Positions 1 through 14,100 of a stretch of 64,000 bases of DNA are shown here, piece by piece. The position numbers and the translations under genes were made by a program. The notes beneath the pieces were generated by a model. It did no database searches and was not told the DNA's origin. It saw only the letters and a list, made by a program, of their open reading frames with translations. Each line of letters starts with the position of its first letter. The stretch's first letter is position 1. The DNA comes from Adineta vaga (taxonomy: Eukaryota; Animalia; Rotifera): the NCBI GenBank assembly GCA_021613535.1, contig CP075494.1, positions 10,726,001-10,790,000 of the forward strand, written 5' to 3'.

Positions 1-580
1 TCTTAAAAGAAAAACTATTCGTTTGTATATTATAACACAATTATCAAATGCACTTCGTTATTTGGAATCTCAACAAATCATTCATCGTGATATAGCAGCA
101 CGAAATTGTTTGATTTATTCAAATTTTGAAATTAAATTAACCAATACTGCTATGATATCCGAACAATTTCAATCGCATTATTATAAAATCAATCAAATTC
201 AATTACCTATTCGATGGATGCCACCCGAATGCATTATTCATGTAAGTCAAATCGTTCAAGAAATGTCTTATGAATGTTTTCTTTTTTATGATGATTTTAA
301 GAATCAATTTACATCACAATCGGATATTTGGTCATTCGGTATTACACTTTGGGAAGTCATGACGAATTGTTTAAGTTTACCGTATAGTTTATTAAATGAC
401 GAAGAAGTTTATCAACGATTAAAAACATGTCATGGTTTACAATTATCAAAACCAGAATATTTAAGTAAAGAATTAATTGATTTAATGTTAGAATGTTGGC
501 GTCCCTACAATGAACGACCAACATTTCAAGAGATTTATAATTTTTTTAATAGACGTCTCTATGGGATGAATATTATTTGA
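1..580 (+). CDS. 3' end of a tyrosine-kinase-domain gene, DDR-like, probably a pseudokinase (DFG absent); 5' part lies outside the window
   Basis: Motifs HRDIAARNCL, LPIRWMPPECI, SDIWSFGITLWE and LMLECW..RPTF. In-frame intron 242-301 (gtaagt..ttaag). KLTNTAM sits where KIADFGM is expected. Confidence 0.8.
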   Translation, partial: LKRKTIRLYIITQLSNALRYLESQQIIHRDIAARNCLIYSNFEIKLTNTAMISEQFQSHYYKINQIQLPIRWMPPECIIHVSQIVQEMSYECFLFYDDFKNQFTSQSDIWSFGITLWEVMTNCLSLPYSLLNDEEVYQRLKTCHGLQLSKPEYLSKELIDLMLECWRPYNERPTFQEIYNFFNRRLYGMNII

Positions 581-735
581 AATGAATGGCAATACTTGTA
601 TATAAATACGATCGATTTTATTGTCTTATGTTTGACATATTTGAAGTTTATGCTATCTTAGATTTAGTATATAAATAAAAAACAAAATTCATCATTTCGT
701 ATATTTATTTGATTCGAAATTAGACTATTTGAAAG

Positions 736-900
736 TTAACCAGTTATTTTGATATTGTTCTTGTATATGAAGCGAACGGGAATGACCACCGATCCTTTTC
801 GCTTTTTTTGATGATCCTTTCGTTTACGATCTGCAGATGTTAGATCAATACGAAATATATATTTCAAAATATTCAGAATGCCGATGTCGATGAAATTGTA
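736..900 (-). pseudogene. Relic C-terminal (post-TM tail) fragment of a third NHL-EGF-TM receptor paralogue
   Basis: Minus-strand frame reads ..GILNILKYIFRIDLTSADRKRKDHQKKRKGSVVIPVRFIYKNNIKITG*. This matches the tails ALDILEHVFHINP..HPIRFTYID (gene A) and ILDILRYCFDIDP..HVQYVNK (gene B). Stops lie upstream and no EGF or NHL exons were found. Confidence 0.6.
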
Positions 901-1934
901 TCTAGTGGGTAAAATGCATCTTATTTGCAGCCGTTTTCATTCCAACAAATCTTACTATTTATTATTCCCTTTTCTGAAAGAAAATGTTATACAGCATTAA
1001 AATCATGGCCTAGAAAAGCATAAACTTTGTCTGTCCAAGTCAATCAGAATTCAGCATGCGTATAATAGTAAAAACGAATCGTTGATCACCACAGAAGAGA
1101 ACTCGAATATGGTATTCGTTTTTCAAAATGTTTCATGCTCTCTCTTCGTGAAGATAAAGATTTGTTTCTGAGGTTGGAAGGAGGATTAAATATATGTGTA
1201 ATTTTCTGTATATGTCTGATCAGAAAGGGGTATGAAGAAGAGGTGTCAGATAGATTGGTTTATGCAATAAGGTGTGGGTGTGGGTGTATTTGAGAATCGA
1301 TGAAACAATACTCACACTCGCATCGTCACACACATCCTCATCTTCATCAATACTGCACGTAAATAATGATGTTGAGCAAAAATGACATAATTTTTTCTTT
1401 AATTTATTAAGATTGTTTGAGTAATAAACAAGAATTCATTTTCATCTGATTTTATGTTTTTTCATTGTTCAATCATAAAATTTACTTTTCGCGTTGACAA
1501 AAGTATTTTCTTCTTCTTCTTCTTCTTCTTCACACTCGACACGTTAAAAAGGTTTTTAATGAAAAATGGATTCATTTTTTTTACGGTGTCGATAAATTAC
1601 GTAGTTGTAAGGAAAAAACAGTCAGTATATTGAACCTTCGATTTCGTATCGATTCGAATGAATTCTATATCATTAAAATATCTCTGTGTTTCGACAAGAT
1701 TATATTTACCATGTTGGTTTGTTTACTGCGACATGTTATTTACACGCATGGTTGAGAATTTTCTAGCAAATACAATCGAAAATAAAGCAACAGTATGTAA
1801 AATTTTATTTATTGCAGACTGCTTTGACGTGCAAGAGAAATATCATTGATAGAAAATCCATCTCATGAATTTTCATACTTTCAAGTTTAATCACATCTTA
1901 TTTTTCTTTTAAGAAAAGCGAAACTCGAATACAG

Positions 1935-4502
1935 TCACGTTATTTCAGGCATTGATTCCACCTTATCAATGTACGTGAATCGTATCGGATGACAAACTTT
2001 TTTCTTCAATGGACGACTCTGTTGTTTATGTTTTTTACAATATTTATCTGTTGGATTGATATGGAAAACATGTTCCAAAATATCGAGAGCACCAACGAAA
2101 ACAAATACACCAACTATAAATATGATTGCAACATATCCAAATGATTTCGATACCATCTGAAGAGTAGCTAATGTATTTCCAGTGATCTCACAATGTCGAC
2201 CAGAATAACTCTTTGTTAAACATTCACATTCATAATCTTGCAATGTCGATCGACACACACCCATATTCTGACATGTCACATTCCAACAGTGATTGATCAT
2301 TGTTTCACAATGCACACCTGTCCATCCATTTGCACAGTCACAAACATAATCACTATTACTCACATTGATACAAGTGCCTAGAAAAACAATAAAGACATAG
2401 CTTGTGAGTAAGAAAAGAATGATTTGTGGAAAACTACTATTATGCCAACAAGTATCTGGTTGACATGGTTGAATATCGTGTTCACAATGAGTTCCATTGA
2501 AACCAGATGAACACTGACAGAAATAACCATCGGATGTAGTGTTATCGGTGATGCATTTGCCTTGATTTTGACAAGGCTGAAGTATATCACAAAGAGTACT
2601 AGAAATATTGCATGATGAACCAATAAAAGAGGACGATGGGCATGTAGGAAGGATAAACTTAAACAATGATTCAGCTAAAATGGTAAGAAAGAAACGATGA
2701 ATTTGAGTGTAAATTTGCAGGAACTAACTTTGTGTTATGGACGTTGTTGGATATGAAGCTGTGAAAAGAGTTGAAGATTCTTTGTTCATTTTTGAAAGAT
2801 GTTCATCAGTTGTGGTCATTGGATGAGTGATTGTTGTTATGTCATAAATTCGTGTGGTTTGAACAGAAGCTGTAACATCTGATGATCAAAATATATAGTA
2901 GAAATAGCTATAACTTACTAGTTTGTTTTTGTTCCAATGTAGTTGAAATCGATAATAGGGTGGAATCTATCAAATGAAATTAGTAGGTTAAAATGGTCAC
3001 TAATTCTTGCTGAGAATATGTCTTACCCATTACAGTTGACGTCAACATCTTCTGAATAGTAGTTGTAACAATTGATGCGGGGTGAGTAGGAGCTAAAAGA
3101 TATCGTCTGTACAAAAGTAGAAGAAAATAAGCAACACACTTATTATTGGATGTATCGTTGTTGTGATGATGGATGAAAACACTATATTTATCAAGTCATA
3201 TGCATCATTCAATATTCTGATATACAACTTACCAACACTTGTTGTTATTGGAATAATCGATGTTGTGCTTACTGTTAAAGTAGATTCAGCATGTGTTGAT
3301 TGAACAGCAACTGTTTCGTTATAATTCAAGATGAGAAATAAAAAAAAAGAATTTGAAACAAACCTGTACTGGTTTTTTGTATTGTTGTCACAATGGTTGT
3401 GAAGATAGATTCTAAACACCGGAACGAACAGAAAATGTCTGCGACTAATAAGAAATGAGAACTCACCGATAGTGGTTGTCAGTACTGTTGTATTTAAATT
3501 TTGTTGTATTTGATTATAAACTGAAAACGAGAGGACATATCATTACTCATCATAAGTTTCAAGATGGATGAATTCTCCATAGAATAGACTCAAAAATAGA
3601 AATATCTTAGTTCTAAAGAAACTCACCGCAAGAATTAATGGAGAGAGAAAACTTTTGAATTCTATTATTGTCATGATCGGTTACATATATATTTCCGTAA
3701 CTATCGAAACTGAGACTTTGTGGTTTCTTTAATTGATATAGTTTGTCGCCATCTGTATTAGCACATCCAGCCAAACAGCGAAATCCATTTGGTCCTGATC
3801 CTAATATTCGATGATTGTCCGTATCGGCAATATATATATAACTGTCTCCGTCGAGAATCACTCCTTTAGGATCAGATAAAGTAAACGATCCTGTTACTAC
3901 AGTTGTACCATTTGGATTATTTAAACTGAATCGCTGAATTCTATTATTGTTTGAATCTGCGACGTACAAATCAAAATTAAAATCAACAAATATTCCTCTA
4001 GGTTTATCCAGTTGGTATGGTTTATTGCCATTAGACCCTGTTCCAGCAGCATCGACTAATGATGAACTATTGAAATTCAACGACTTCTTCAGAACTTTGT
4101 GTTTAGCTTCAATAGAACAATAGAGATTGTTGTACAAATCAACAAATAACGCATCACATCGCTCAGTAACTACCATCACTGTAGCACCACTTGTGGCATT
4201 AACAGACCATTTACTAACAATCTTATTATCTTTTCCATTATCTATATAAATATCACCAGTTGTGGTAGCAAAAATTCCTCGTGGTTCTTTTAAGCCATTC
4301 GAAATAGTTCTTGATAAACTAATATTACTATTATACCAAACTAAAACACGATCATTTTTTTCATCTGCGAAGTAGATTGTATTATTTGTATTAATGAAAA
4401 TACCAACAGGATTATCTCCGATATCGTTTTTCTCTATCAAAGTGGTTGCATTAGGATTCCACGTTGCATTAGAACAGAGTCTTGGCAAATTATATGAAAC
4501 TA
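1935..4502 (-). CDS. Receptor A: NHL beta-propeller, S/T-rich micro-exon stalk (7 exons), 3 EGF-like domains, TM helix, basic cytoplasmic tail; first (signal) exon not resolved
   Basis: NHL exon 4502-3627 (PRGIFVD..LYVADSNNNRIQRF repeats). Stalk exons 3520-3467, 3411-3364, 3310-3233, 3181-3140, 3092-3027, 2966-2919, 2878-2729. EGF/TM exons run from 2674 to the stop at 1935. Confidence 0.8.
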
Positions 4503-5284
4503 CTTTGAAGAAAAAAAATACACATTTTCACGAATACTTTGAGAGCAAAACGAATCATCAGAAGTATTATGAATATACCATAATCGTTTTCTGATTTATC
4601 CACGGAAAATAGTTACAAACGAATGTTTTTGTTTTTGAAAGTTTTTCTTAGTATTAACATATGACAACGAATAACGAACAACCACTATATTATTCATCAG
4701 TAAATTCATTTCATCATAGTTTTACTATCTCCTAAAATACTTCGATTTTCTAGGGTGAAAACATACCAATATTTTGACCAAAACATATCATACTCTTAAA
4801 TATGATACTCCGTAAGATGATTTCCATTTTATGCATCTGTAGTTCTTATGTTGTTGTATTACGTACTTCACGAACAGAAAATGTCCTTATATACTAGTAT
4901 CATTGGCGTATAAAAATTTTCTTCGATCTTTATTTATGTATGAATTTTTAATTACAAAATAAGGTAGACTTGTTGATTCAACATACGATTGAACTCCAAA
5001 CAAAAAATAATTATTATTTATGATAAATACTATAAATTCAATTCAATAGTTTGCCTTTTCTCCGGACAAAAACCAATAAATTTTAATCAATAGTTTGAAT
5101 TTTTATGTACCTCATCTGACTTTTGTTTTTCTTAATATCTTCCTACGGAAGTAGTTTTCTCCTCAAAAAGCAATCTTCTTCTAGAATTATCAGCAGATAA
5201 GTATATTGAGTCGATCAATATTTTATTCAATAGCAAATAGTTCTCATATTCTCGTTTTTTTTTAAAGAGATAGATATTGTATCT

Positions 5285-8050
5285 TCATTGCTCATCAAGT
5301 TCTGTTAAACGTGGCCAAAGTTTTTCACATTGCTCCAGAACAATACTGGGTGGAACTATACGTAAATGTACGCAAATCAATTCCAAATATCCGATCGATG
5401 TTTTATCAATCATTGATGAATAATTTTCATACGCTAATGCTCTAGAAAAGAAAACAAATTGTCGGTTGACATTCACTATAAACAGAATTACTTGTAAAAA
5501 TCAAAATATAAGATACCAGGTGGTTGATATTCTACGAACGGTTTGTGAACTCGCATAGATGCACCCTAAAAATCAAACAGACAAATGTTTTAGAGATTAG
5601 TATAGATCTGAATCATCATAGTATCAATAGTACATAAGTACATACATTACTTTCTTGTAATCTTAACGTATAATTATACGTGAAATATTCATCCGTCACT
5701 GTATATGATGAACAACCACGTTTTAATGCTGAGAGACATTCTAATTCAAATGCCAATATCTAGAATAAAGACACTATCGAATACATTGCAGAATATTACA
5801 TTCAGTTCTACTTACTTTTTTTTCAATAAGATGTTCTAATCCGTGATTATTCATATATTGTTGAAATTCATCTGTATACAAACCTGGAGTAAAGATTTGT
5901 CCACGAAAACGATCAATAAATGCAAAATGTACAAGACCAGGAAAATCATTATGAAAACTAAATTGTAATATTCAATCGAAAACATCAATCTCTATCGAAG
6001 AAATCAAGTACGTACAAGTTCATTGTAATATTTCGTTGTGCTTTAATTTCAATAAATGAAAACCAATCACCCAATTGTTCGCATAATTTATTACGAAGAA
6101 TTTGAATAAATGATGACTCAATTAAAGAATCATCACCTATGGATAGATCAATTTGTTGGTCATTTTCAAGAGCATATTCATCTGATTCGAAAAATAAATG
6201 ATGAAATATTTTAATAGAATAATCAGTCATTTGACTTAGATTGATTAGAATCTTTTGACCACTAGAAAACGAAATCAAAATCGATCAATGAATCAATCTG
6301 GAACGATTTGAATTACTCGTCATCTTCTTCATTAATAATATCCTTTGTTTTTCGTGATGATTTATAAATTGATGGTGAATCATTTAAGATAGTTGAAAGA
6401 AAATTCGTTCGAAGTTTTCGATTTTCAAACTGAAAAAGAAAAAATCTTCAATCAATGATAAATCTCGCATAAATCATATAAATCTTACATATCGTCGAAT
6501 AATTGCATTCGTTTCAATCGATCTGATGTGATTACTTAATCGAGTGTATATAAAACGTGATTGAGTTTTAAAGAAATCGAGTTGATGTATAAATTCTGAT
6601 AGGATTGAACATGCAGAACTACTTTTCCACTGAAATTTATTAATTATAATGGAACTATTTGATCATAATTTTGAACTTACTTCAACGAGAATCAGAGCAG
6701 AAACTTCATTTGTCAATTGTATTGTATACATTGTGAATGGTACGAGTGATTTATTTGATGTTTTCATAAAGACAACTTCAATACGACGATTTTCATTTGT
6801 TTTCGAAATTTCTATTGGAGGGAAATTCGGTAATGATAATGTCTATCGTAAACGAATTCAAAAATGTTAATCAAATGAAAAAAGAATGAAATTTTACTCG
6901 TCGAGTTGAAGAAAATCGAATATCGTCTGTTAATTCTCTTGCTGAACTCGTTAGATTTTGATGATCGATATCATTATTTGTTTTATATATATGAGCCATG
7001 ATATTTGATGAAGGATTCTTTTGTAATTTAAATTGATTACGTAATCGACGGCTAGTATTATTCAATAATAATAAGAAAATATCACTATTACTTAGTCGGT
7101 ATTGTTCATTACTAAATATTCAATTAATACAAACATTTACAATTGAAGAACAATCAAACCTGAAATGCATATAAACAATTTTATCTTTACATGTAATAAG
7201 TGTAAATGTAGGTATAGTATGAAGTAAAGATTCAACTTCTTTATTGAGGATTGTACATGTATTAGAACATTGTTGATGAATCAATGAATTAATAAGTAAA
7301 TATTCACAACTCTATTCATAATAAGAAAAATTACCAAAAAAATCAAGTAAGAGTTGAAATTTACTTCGAACACAAGTGCTTGATTAGTTAATATATTATT
7401 TAGATAGTATTGAAGCGAAGCAGATATTCGATTGATTAATTTGCCAACAGTTTTACTTTTTCTATTTGTAAATGTATTTCACACAATTATGTGAGGAGAA
7501 TTCTTCGAATACTTACGTGAATGGTAAAGCACCTAGATGGAATTTGACTAATGTTTTGAATAGATTGATTGCCTTTAATACAACGATATTACCAAATGAT
7601 TCGTCAACCATACATATCACTCGATTTTCTCCAATCTATCGATAAAAAATAAGACAAGATTTCGATACTAATCATCCACAACAAAATGTCTTCATCATAC
7701 CAAATCGAAGTAGACTCGTATATGTGATTGAAGTGTTATTTGTCTAATAGGACTTTTTCGATATAATGTTTGTTCATAAAAAGTCAATAATGTAGAGAAA
7801 TGTTGAACGAAGACATCATCAATTGAAAAATTGATTTCCAAATCATTCTGGACATTCATTATGAAAAGATTTTAATTGACAAAAAAGTAACTAGTTGAAT
7901 TATTCTTACTTGATTATTTTCATCAAATGAATAACCTCGATCGATAAATGATTGTTGCAAATATGTAAAAAGATCATTTGTTAAAAATCGATAGACTAAT
8001 GAAGAATTTTTTTCAAAAACAAATATACCAAATAGACAACGTGTGACCAT
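5285..8050 (-). CDS. HPS1: Hermansky-Pudlak syndrome 1 protein (BLOC-3 subunit), multi-exon
   Basis: DFPGLVHFAFIDRFRGQIFTP matches the HPS1 motif DFPGLVHFIYVDR. C-terminal YLELICVHLRIVPPSIVLEQC matches the HPS1 C-terminus. N-terminus is longin-like. Confidence 0.8.
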
Positions 8051-8161
8051 ATTTTTTCAAACTCAAAATGAAGATAACATTTGCATGTTTAAATATCTAT
8101 ATGACAGGTTTTATTTATTTTAGAAAAGAAAGAAAAGAAATTCAGAACGTTAAATGAATCA

Positions 8162-10153
8162 TCAGTTTGTCGCATTTGTAACAGCACATTTGTTTTGGGA
8201 ACGTTGTTTCAATCGAAGATGAATTTCAACAAATGCATAACAAATCATACTCAGAGATAAATAGACGAGAAGAAGAATTAGAGATAAACGAATAGTAATA
8301 TAACTAGAATACTAAAATATATCAAGAATATATATTCAAATATTTTTGTTTTCAATTCAAGATAAAGAAACTTACACTGTAAGTAATAACAAAACCAACA
8401 GATTTCCAAAGACGATATTTTGCTAATGCACTTGGATCAGTTTCCGAATAAAGAACCGTATAAGTCGCTAAAATATAAATGAATTTTGTTTGTTACTTAA
8501 TACTGTTCTCATTCTTACCAATCACTTGTGTTTGCCAAATAGCATCTGCTATTCCCCAAAATCCCGCAATAACAAATAATAAAACCATTTGATTCGATTG
8601 TGGATTCCAAAGAAACATTAAAATAATCATTGCATAATTAATTAAAGCAGCAACAACAAATACAAAAATTCGACCAGTATATTTAACCAATCGACCAAAT
8701 ACATAACTACTCAAAGCTTGAAATACTCCATTACATACCATAACTAATCCAACATAACTAAAGAGAGAAATCTTGAGAATGTTTGAAGCAAAAGAGAATA
8801 TTGAATTTTACCGGATGCCAATTAAACAAGTAATAAAAGCCTAATCATTAAAGAAATCGAAATTTAATACTTTTACGAAAAGAAATATTTTATTTTTCTA
8901 CTCGAGTGAATTGTGCAGTGAAAAAAGCCGTTTCAATTGTTGTCCACATTGTTAATGGAATAAGAAAAAATTGATCGATATATTTCCATTTTTTCAATGA
9001 TAAAAGTACTTCTAAACTTTTGTTTAATAACTGTTTCATTGTTTCTGAAAGCCAAAGAATAAATCTTCTGAATTCAAAAATTTTCTTTCTTTCCTACGTT
9101 TTTGTGTTAATTGAATTGAATCCAATGTAAAGAATAATAATAACATTGATAAAAAACCCATTCCCGTAAATATTCCACAAAGAATATAACGCTACAAATG
9201 AAATATATCATTTCTATTTGACATTATTTCGATATTTTCTTACGGTAGTATCATTTACATCTTGCGTTGTATTCGTTGGTAGAGCAGATTGTGGATCAAA
9301 ATGAATTCCACAATTGTATTTTTGTGCAGTACTAGATTGATTTAAAACAAAATAGGAGATAAGATTTCCCCAGATTGTATTTGTACCAAAGAGTGCAAAG
9401 AAAATACCGAAAAATAAACTAACAGATATTTCATGAGTTTGATTTTTATGTTGAGAATGATAACGAGCTATTTGATTAAGATAGGTTGCTTTTGCAGTCC
9501 ACAAGGGTGCAGCTGCTAAACCGACAAATGCAGCACCTAGGAAACAAAACGTTTCATTTTTATCATAAAATAATAAACACAATTGTATAGATACGATGTT
9601 ATAAAAAAAAAAGAACTTGAAAACTTACTGATATACATAAGTACTGGTAAAGGTTTGATATTCGCAGCTATATAAAATATATAACCAATTTCAGCAAGAA
9701 TAATTGTCCATTTTAAACCAAATAAATCCATTGAAACACCAATTAAGGCAATAGAACTAAACTAGGATGTACAAAAGAAAAATCTTATTACAAAATCGAA
9801 TAATTTGATAAACTTACAATTAAGAACGAATATGTAATAATTAAAGAATTAACACCGACATTATTTTTTACATTTAAACTCGATTGTAATGTTACCATAC
9901 CATTGTAAGCAGTAAACATAAGAATAAAAGCAATGGAAATTAAAATTAAATTCTTATAAATTTTTCGAATAGAAAATATCGGTATAATATCATTTGGAAC
10001 GGATTGCTCTGTAGAATCTATGGTTGATTTCAATGGATCAATTGTCATAATAGCTATTTTACTTGCTGCATTAGTTTGATCTTCACTTGTTGAACTGATA
10101 AAAGATAATTTTCGAGGTATTTCATTCGGTTCATCGATATTATTCTCAACCAT
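8162..10153 (-). CDS. UNC-93 family MFS-like membrane protein (UNC93A-like), multi-exon
   Basis: KNLILISIAFILMFTAYNGMVTLQSSLN, GLAAAPLWTAKATYL, FFGIFFALF..IWGNLIS and WGIADAIWQTQ are UNC-93 signatures. Stop at 8162-8164. Confidence 0.9.
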
Positions 10154-11156
10154 GTTTTAGTTTTTCTTTCGACTCAATGAAATAGACGAGAGACAGAGAT
10201 TATGGGTGTGCGACTGATAAGGTTAAAAAGAAAATGTGGACTTGTGTCATAAATAATGAAAATAAATATCTACTTTTTCTTTTGTTCTTCAATGAAAGAA
10301 ACTTTTCGATTTTAGAAGAAAATGAACAATAAAATATTTTGTTATCGTGTGATTTATGAAAATATAAGCACGAGTTTTGTCGGATTATCACTGTCAGTAA
10401 ATAACATATCAAGATATGTGAGACATAGAAGAACTAGATTTGTCACAAGTGATGTTTTTTATCAATATTTGAGTACTGCAAAGGTTAGAGTTTGTGAATG
10501 AATTATTGTGATCTTTAGTAAAGATTCGAGGATCATGAATGAAAATATTTCTTTCTAGGTCAGATGAAATTCTTTTTGGAACAAGTGAAGATTACAAGAG
10601 AAATCGAGAAATAAAATCAATAATTATATAATGAAATTCTAATTGTTCTGTGAATATTTATACCATTAAACACATAGAAAATGTCAGGTTTTATGTTAAA
10701 CTGAAATATAGACAATCATTCCTTTTTATTCAAAACTTAGTGGCGTCTATGTCAGAAATGGAGAAACCCGCATTTCTTATGTTTGTTTATCAACGGAACT
10801 AAATTGTTTTTAAGAGAAAAAATATTTAATCTCGGTCAATAAATTTTTCCTGCATCTAAGTTTTCTATTTTGTTTGTCCAAGAAATTGAATTACAGATAC
10901 ATTCTTCGGAAACAGAAATAGTTTTTGGAAATTATGTTAAATATTATAAGTCTTCAGGTAAATAACTCAACTTTATTTGTTGTTAATATATATATATTAG
11001 TATTTTTTCAAATTGTTGCTCAGTAACGTTCTTTTCTGGATCAATTCAGCTTGAAATGTAATTCCGTGTCGAGAGAATGTTTAATATTGGAAAGGTATAT
11101 GAGATAATTCTGAACAATTTTTCAAATATATTTTTGTAACTTTGATGTAGTCGAAT

Positions 11157-14100
11157 ATGGTGAAAACAATATTATTTATTGTCCTGATTCTATCGGTTGA
11201 TTGTCATTTCAGTAAATAATAATATTATAATTAAATCTAAACAGTTCATGAACTATTTTGCTTTTCTTCATATCGTATAGATGTTTCCTACAATCAACCA
11301 ACATTTAGTCCATGTGCGGAATGGAGTACTATTGGTACTACTTTCGTTAATCAACCTACAATTGGATTTGATTTTGCCGATATTTTTGTTGATACGAACA
11401 ATACGATTTACTTTGCAGATCAATCAAATAATCGCATTCTTGTATGGTTAGCAAATGATACAAATATCTCAAGAATTATTACAGATGATTTATATAAACC
11501 TCTTAGTCTTTTCGTCATGTTAAATGGTGATATTTATATTGATAATGGTTATAGTAATGACAGAGTAAATTATTGGACATTGAACAAAACAAGTAATGTG
11601 TCTGGATTAACTTTGCGAGACAGTTGTTATGGCTTATTTGTTGATTTAAATAATACATTATATTGTTCGATAAAAAACGAACATGTCATTTATACGATAT
11701 TACTGGATATTGTCGGAGCAACAGCTTCCATCGCAGCAGGAACAAAGCAAAGTGGATCAAACTCATATGAACTTGAAGAACCTCGAGGAATTTTTGTTGA
11801 TCAAAATTTTACTTTATACGTCGCAGATTCAGAAAACGATAGAATTCAAGTATTTTTTGCCGGATTAACATCTGCCTTAACTGCATCAACAGGAACAATC
11901 CGACTTAATACACCAACAGACGTTGTTCTTGATGCTGAAGGAAACCTATTTATTGTGGACTCAAAACAAAATCGCATTATTAGTTCAGGATCCCTTGGAT
12001 TTCGCTGTGTCGTTGGATGTAATCCTGGAACATTAGTCGCCAACAATCAGCTAAATAAACCACAGGCTTTCAGTTTCGATAGTTATGGAAATATGATTAT
12101 AGCCGATAGAGGTAGTCGTCGAATTCAAAAGATTTTTTTAACAAGTAATTCCTGTGGTAAGTTAATTGCGATGATCAAAGATTCTTTGTAATTTAAAATA
12201 TCTTACAATATGAAGTTCTAAAATATATCAATGAATAAAATCAACTTTTTAGTTTATAATACAACAATAATTTCAACAACAACAACAACGATCGCAAAAA
12301 CAACAACAACAACTACTGGTGAGTTTCAATGTAGGTGAACGAATAATTAAAAACTTTCTTTCAAACAGAATTGGCTTTCCTATCAACCGATGAAATGAAC
12401 ACAGGTTCGTTGTTGCTACTGTTTTTTTTTTCATTTGCGTGTACAATTTAAATTGTTCAGATGCACTGAAGTCAACAGTACAGGATGAAACAACATCAAT
12501 CGAAATGATCACCGATAAAGACACTTCAATAGCGAGAATTTCTGGTACGTTCTTCCAAGAGGAAAACATTTATCAATGAAATTATGAATCAATAAAAATC
12601 TGTATTATATTTGATAGATACCTATTCACAATTTGAAACGACAAGTGCAGATGATGAATTGAGTACAGGTTAGTTTTTGTATCATTTCTTTCAATGGTTC
12701 TATCAAGATTATTTAGATATTGATAAACCAACAGAGGATGATGAGATGACATCATTTGAAACAACATTAGCTGAAGAAATAACATCAGACGAAATCACTA
12801 GTAAGTTTTACTGAAAACAAAAAGCTAAGACAACCACTCATTATTTTATTGAATAGATTCATTTATATCATCAGAGATTAGTCTGTCAACAGAAGCTGAT
12901 GATAAATCATCTATCGAAGCAACTATAGACGGACAGATTTCAACAGAATTAATTGAAGGTATTTACATTGATAAAAGTCATTCATACATCAGTATCATTT
13001 TAACTAGACTCAACCGAGATATCAAGCATAGCAATAACATCAGATGAAACAGATTCAGGTATGCTATTACTTTCTTTCCTCTTTCAGTTGTTCATTTAAA
13101 ATGATTTAGTTTCTCAAAAATCAACATCAATGGATGACATAGCTCACATCGAGACAAGTCCAATTTTAGAAACTACACTTGATTTAGGTAAATAATAGCT
13201 TACTAGTATGTATGATCATATCTCAGTTTTACTCTATTGTATAGATACAAGTCTAATATCTACAATGGAAACTCAAACAAATGCAGGTGAAATATGAATT
13301 CGTTTCTTTCCTATAATAATAAATTAATGAAAACTATTTAGATTCCATTGCTTCTACGATCATTGATCAAACGACGCTAGGTTTGCAAATAGTTTTTTTT
13401 CATCCTCTATTAACTGACTCTAAAATCATATAGATTCTACTCAATTATTACAAAATGATGAATCAACAAAAGAACTAATCATCAGTAAATTTAGTAGTAA
13501 ACTTTATTCAATCGAATTATATTCGTGTTCTTCTCTTTAATAGGTTCAAGTATGTCATCGACCATAGAACAACAACCAGACACGACGACTAAAGGTTTGT
13601 TTTTCATTGTTTTATTTGAGCTATTCAGTTAGAACCATTTAGAATTAACGCAATCAACACTTAACGATGATATCGAAACGTCAACTCGAGAGATAATGGC
13701 AACAGATAGTGAGTTTATTTTAACATTAATTGAGCATAGAAGGAACGATTATATCTATATACTATCATCATTTAGTTGAGACATCAACATTGGACATAAC
13801 AACAGAACAAACAAGTATAGTTGAATAATTTCTTTTCTGTTTTCGTAATTTGTTCAAATGAGTTTATATAGGTCCCCCAACGTTCACATTAAAAGATGGT
13901 AGAACAAATTCGACTTTTGAAATTCTTTCAAGTGCCAGTAAGGATGATGTTCGAGAACATTCAATGAAACCATGATAAGAATTTGTTTAGATTCAATTCT
14001 CTTGACAACAATGAAAATGAAACTAGATGCAGGTTAGTTGCGACCTTTTCTGTTTAATGTACCAATGAATATTGTTTAGATTCGAGTCTATCAACAGAAC

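Noticed and set aside
1220-1390. Possible small Cys/His-rich peptide gene on the minus strand
   Set aside because: No start-to-stop frame with a signal peptide or a convincing splice structure could be built.
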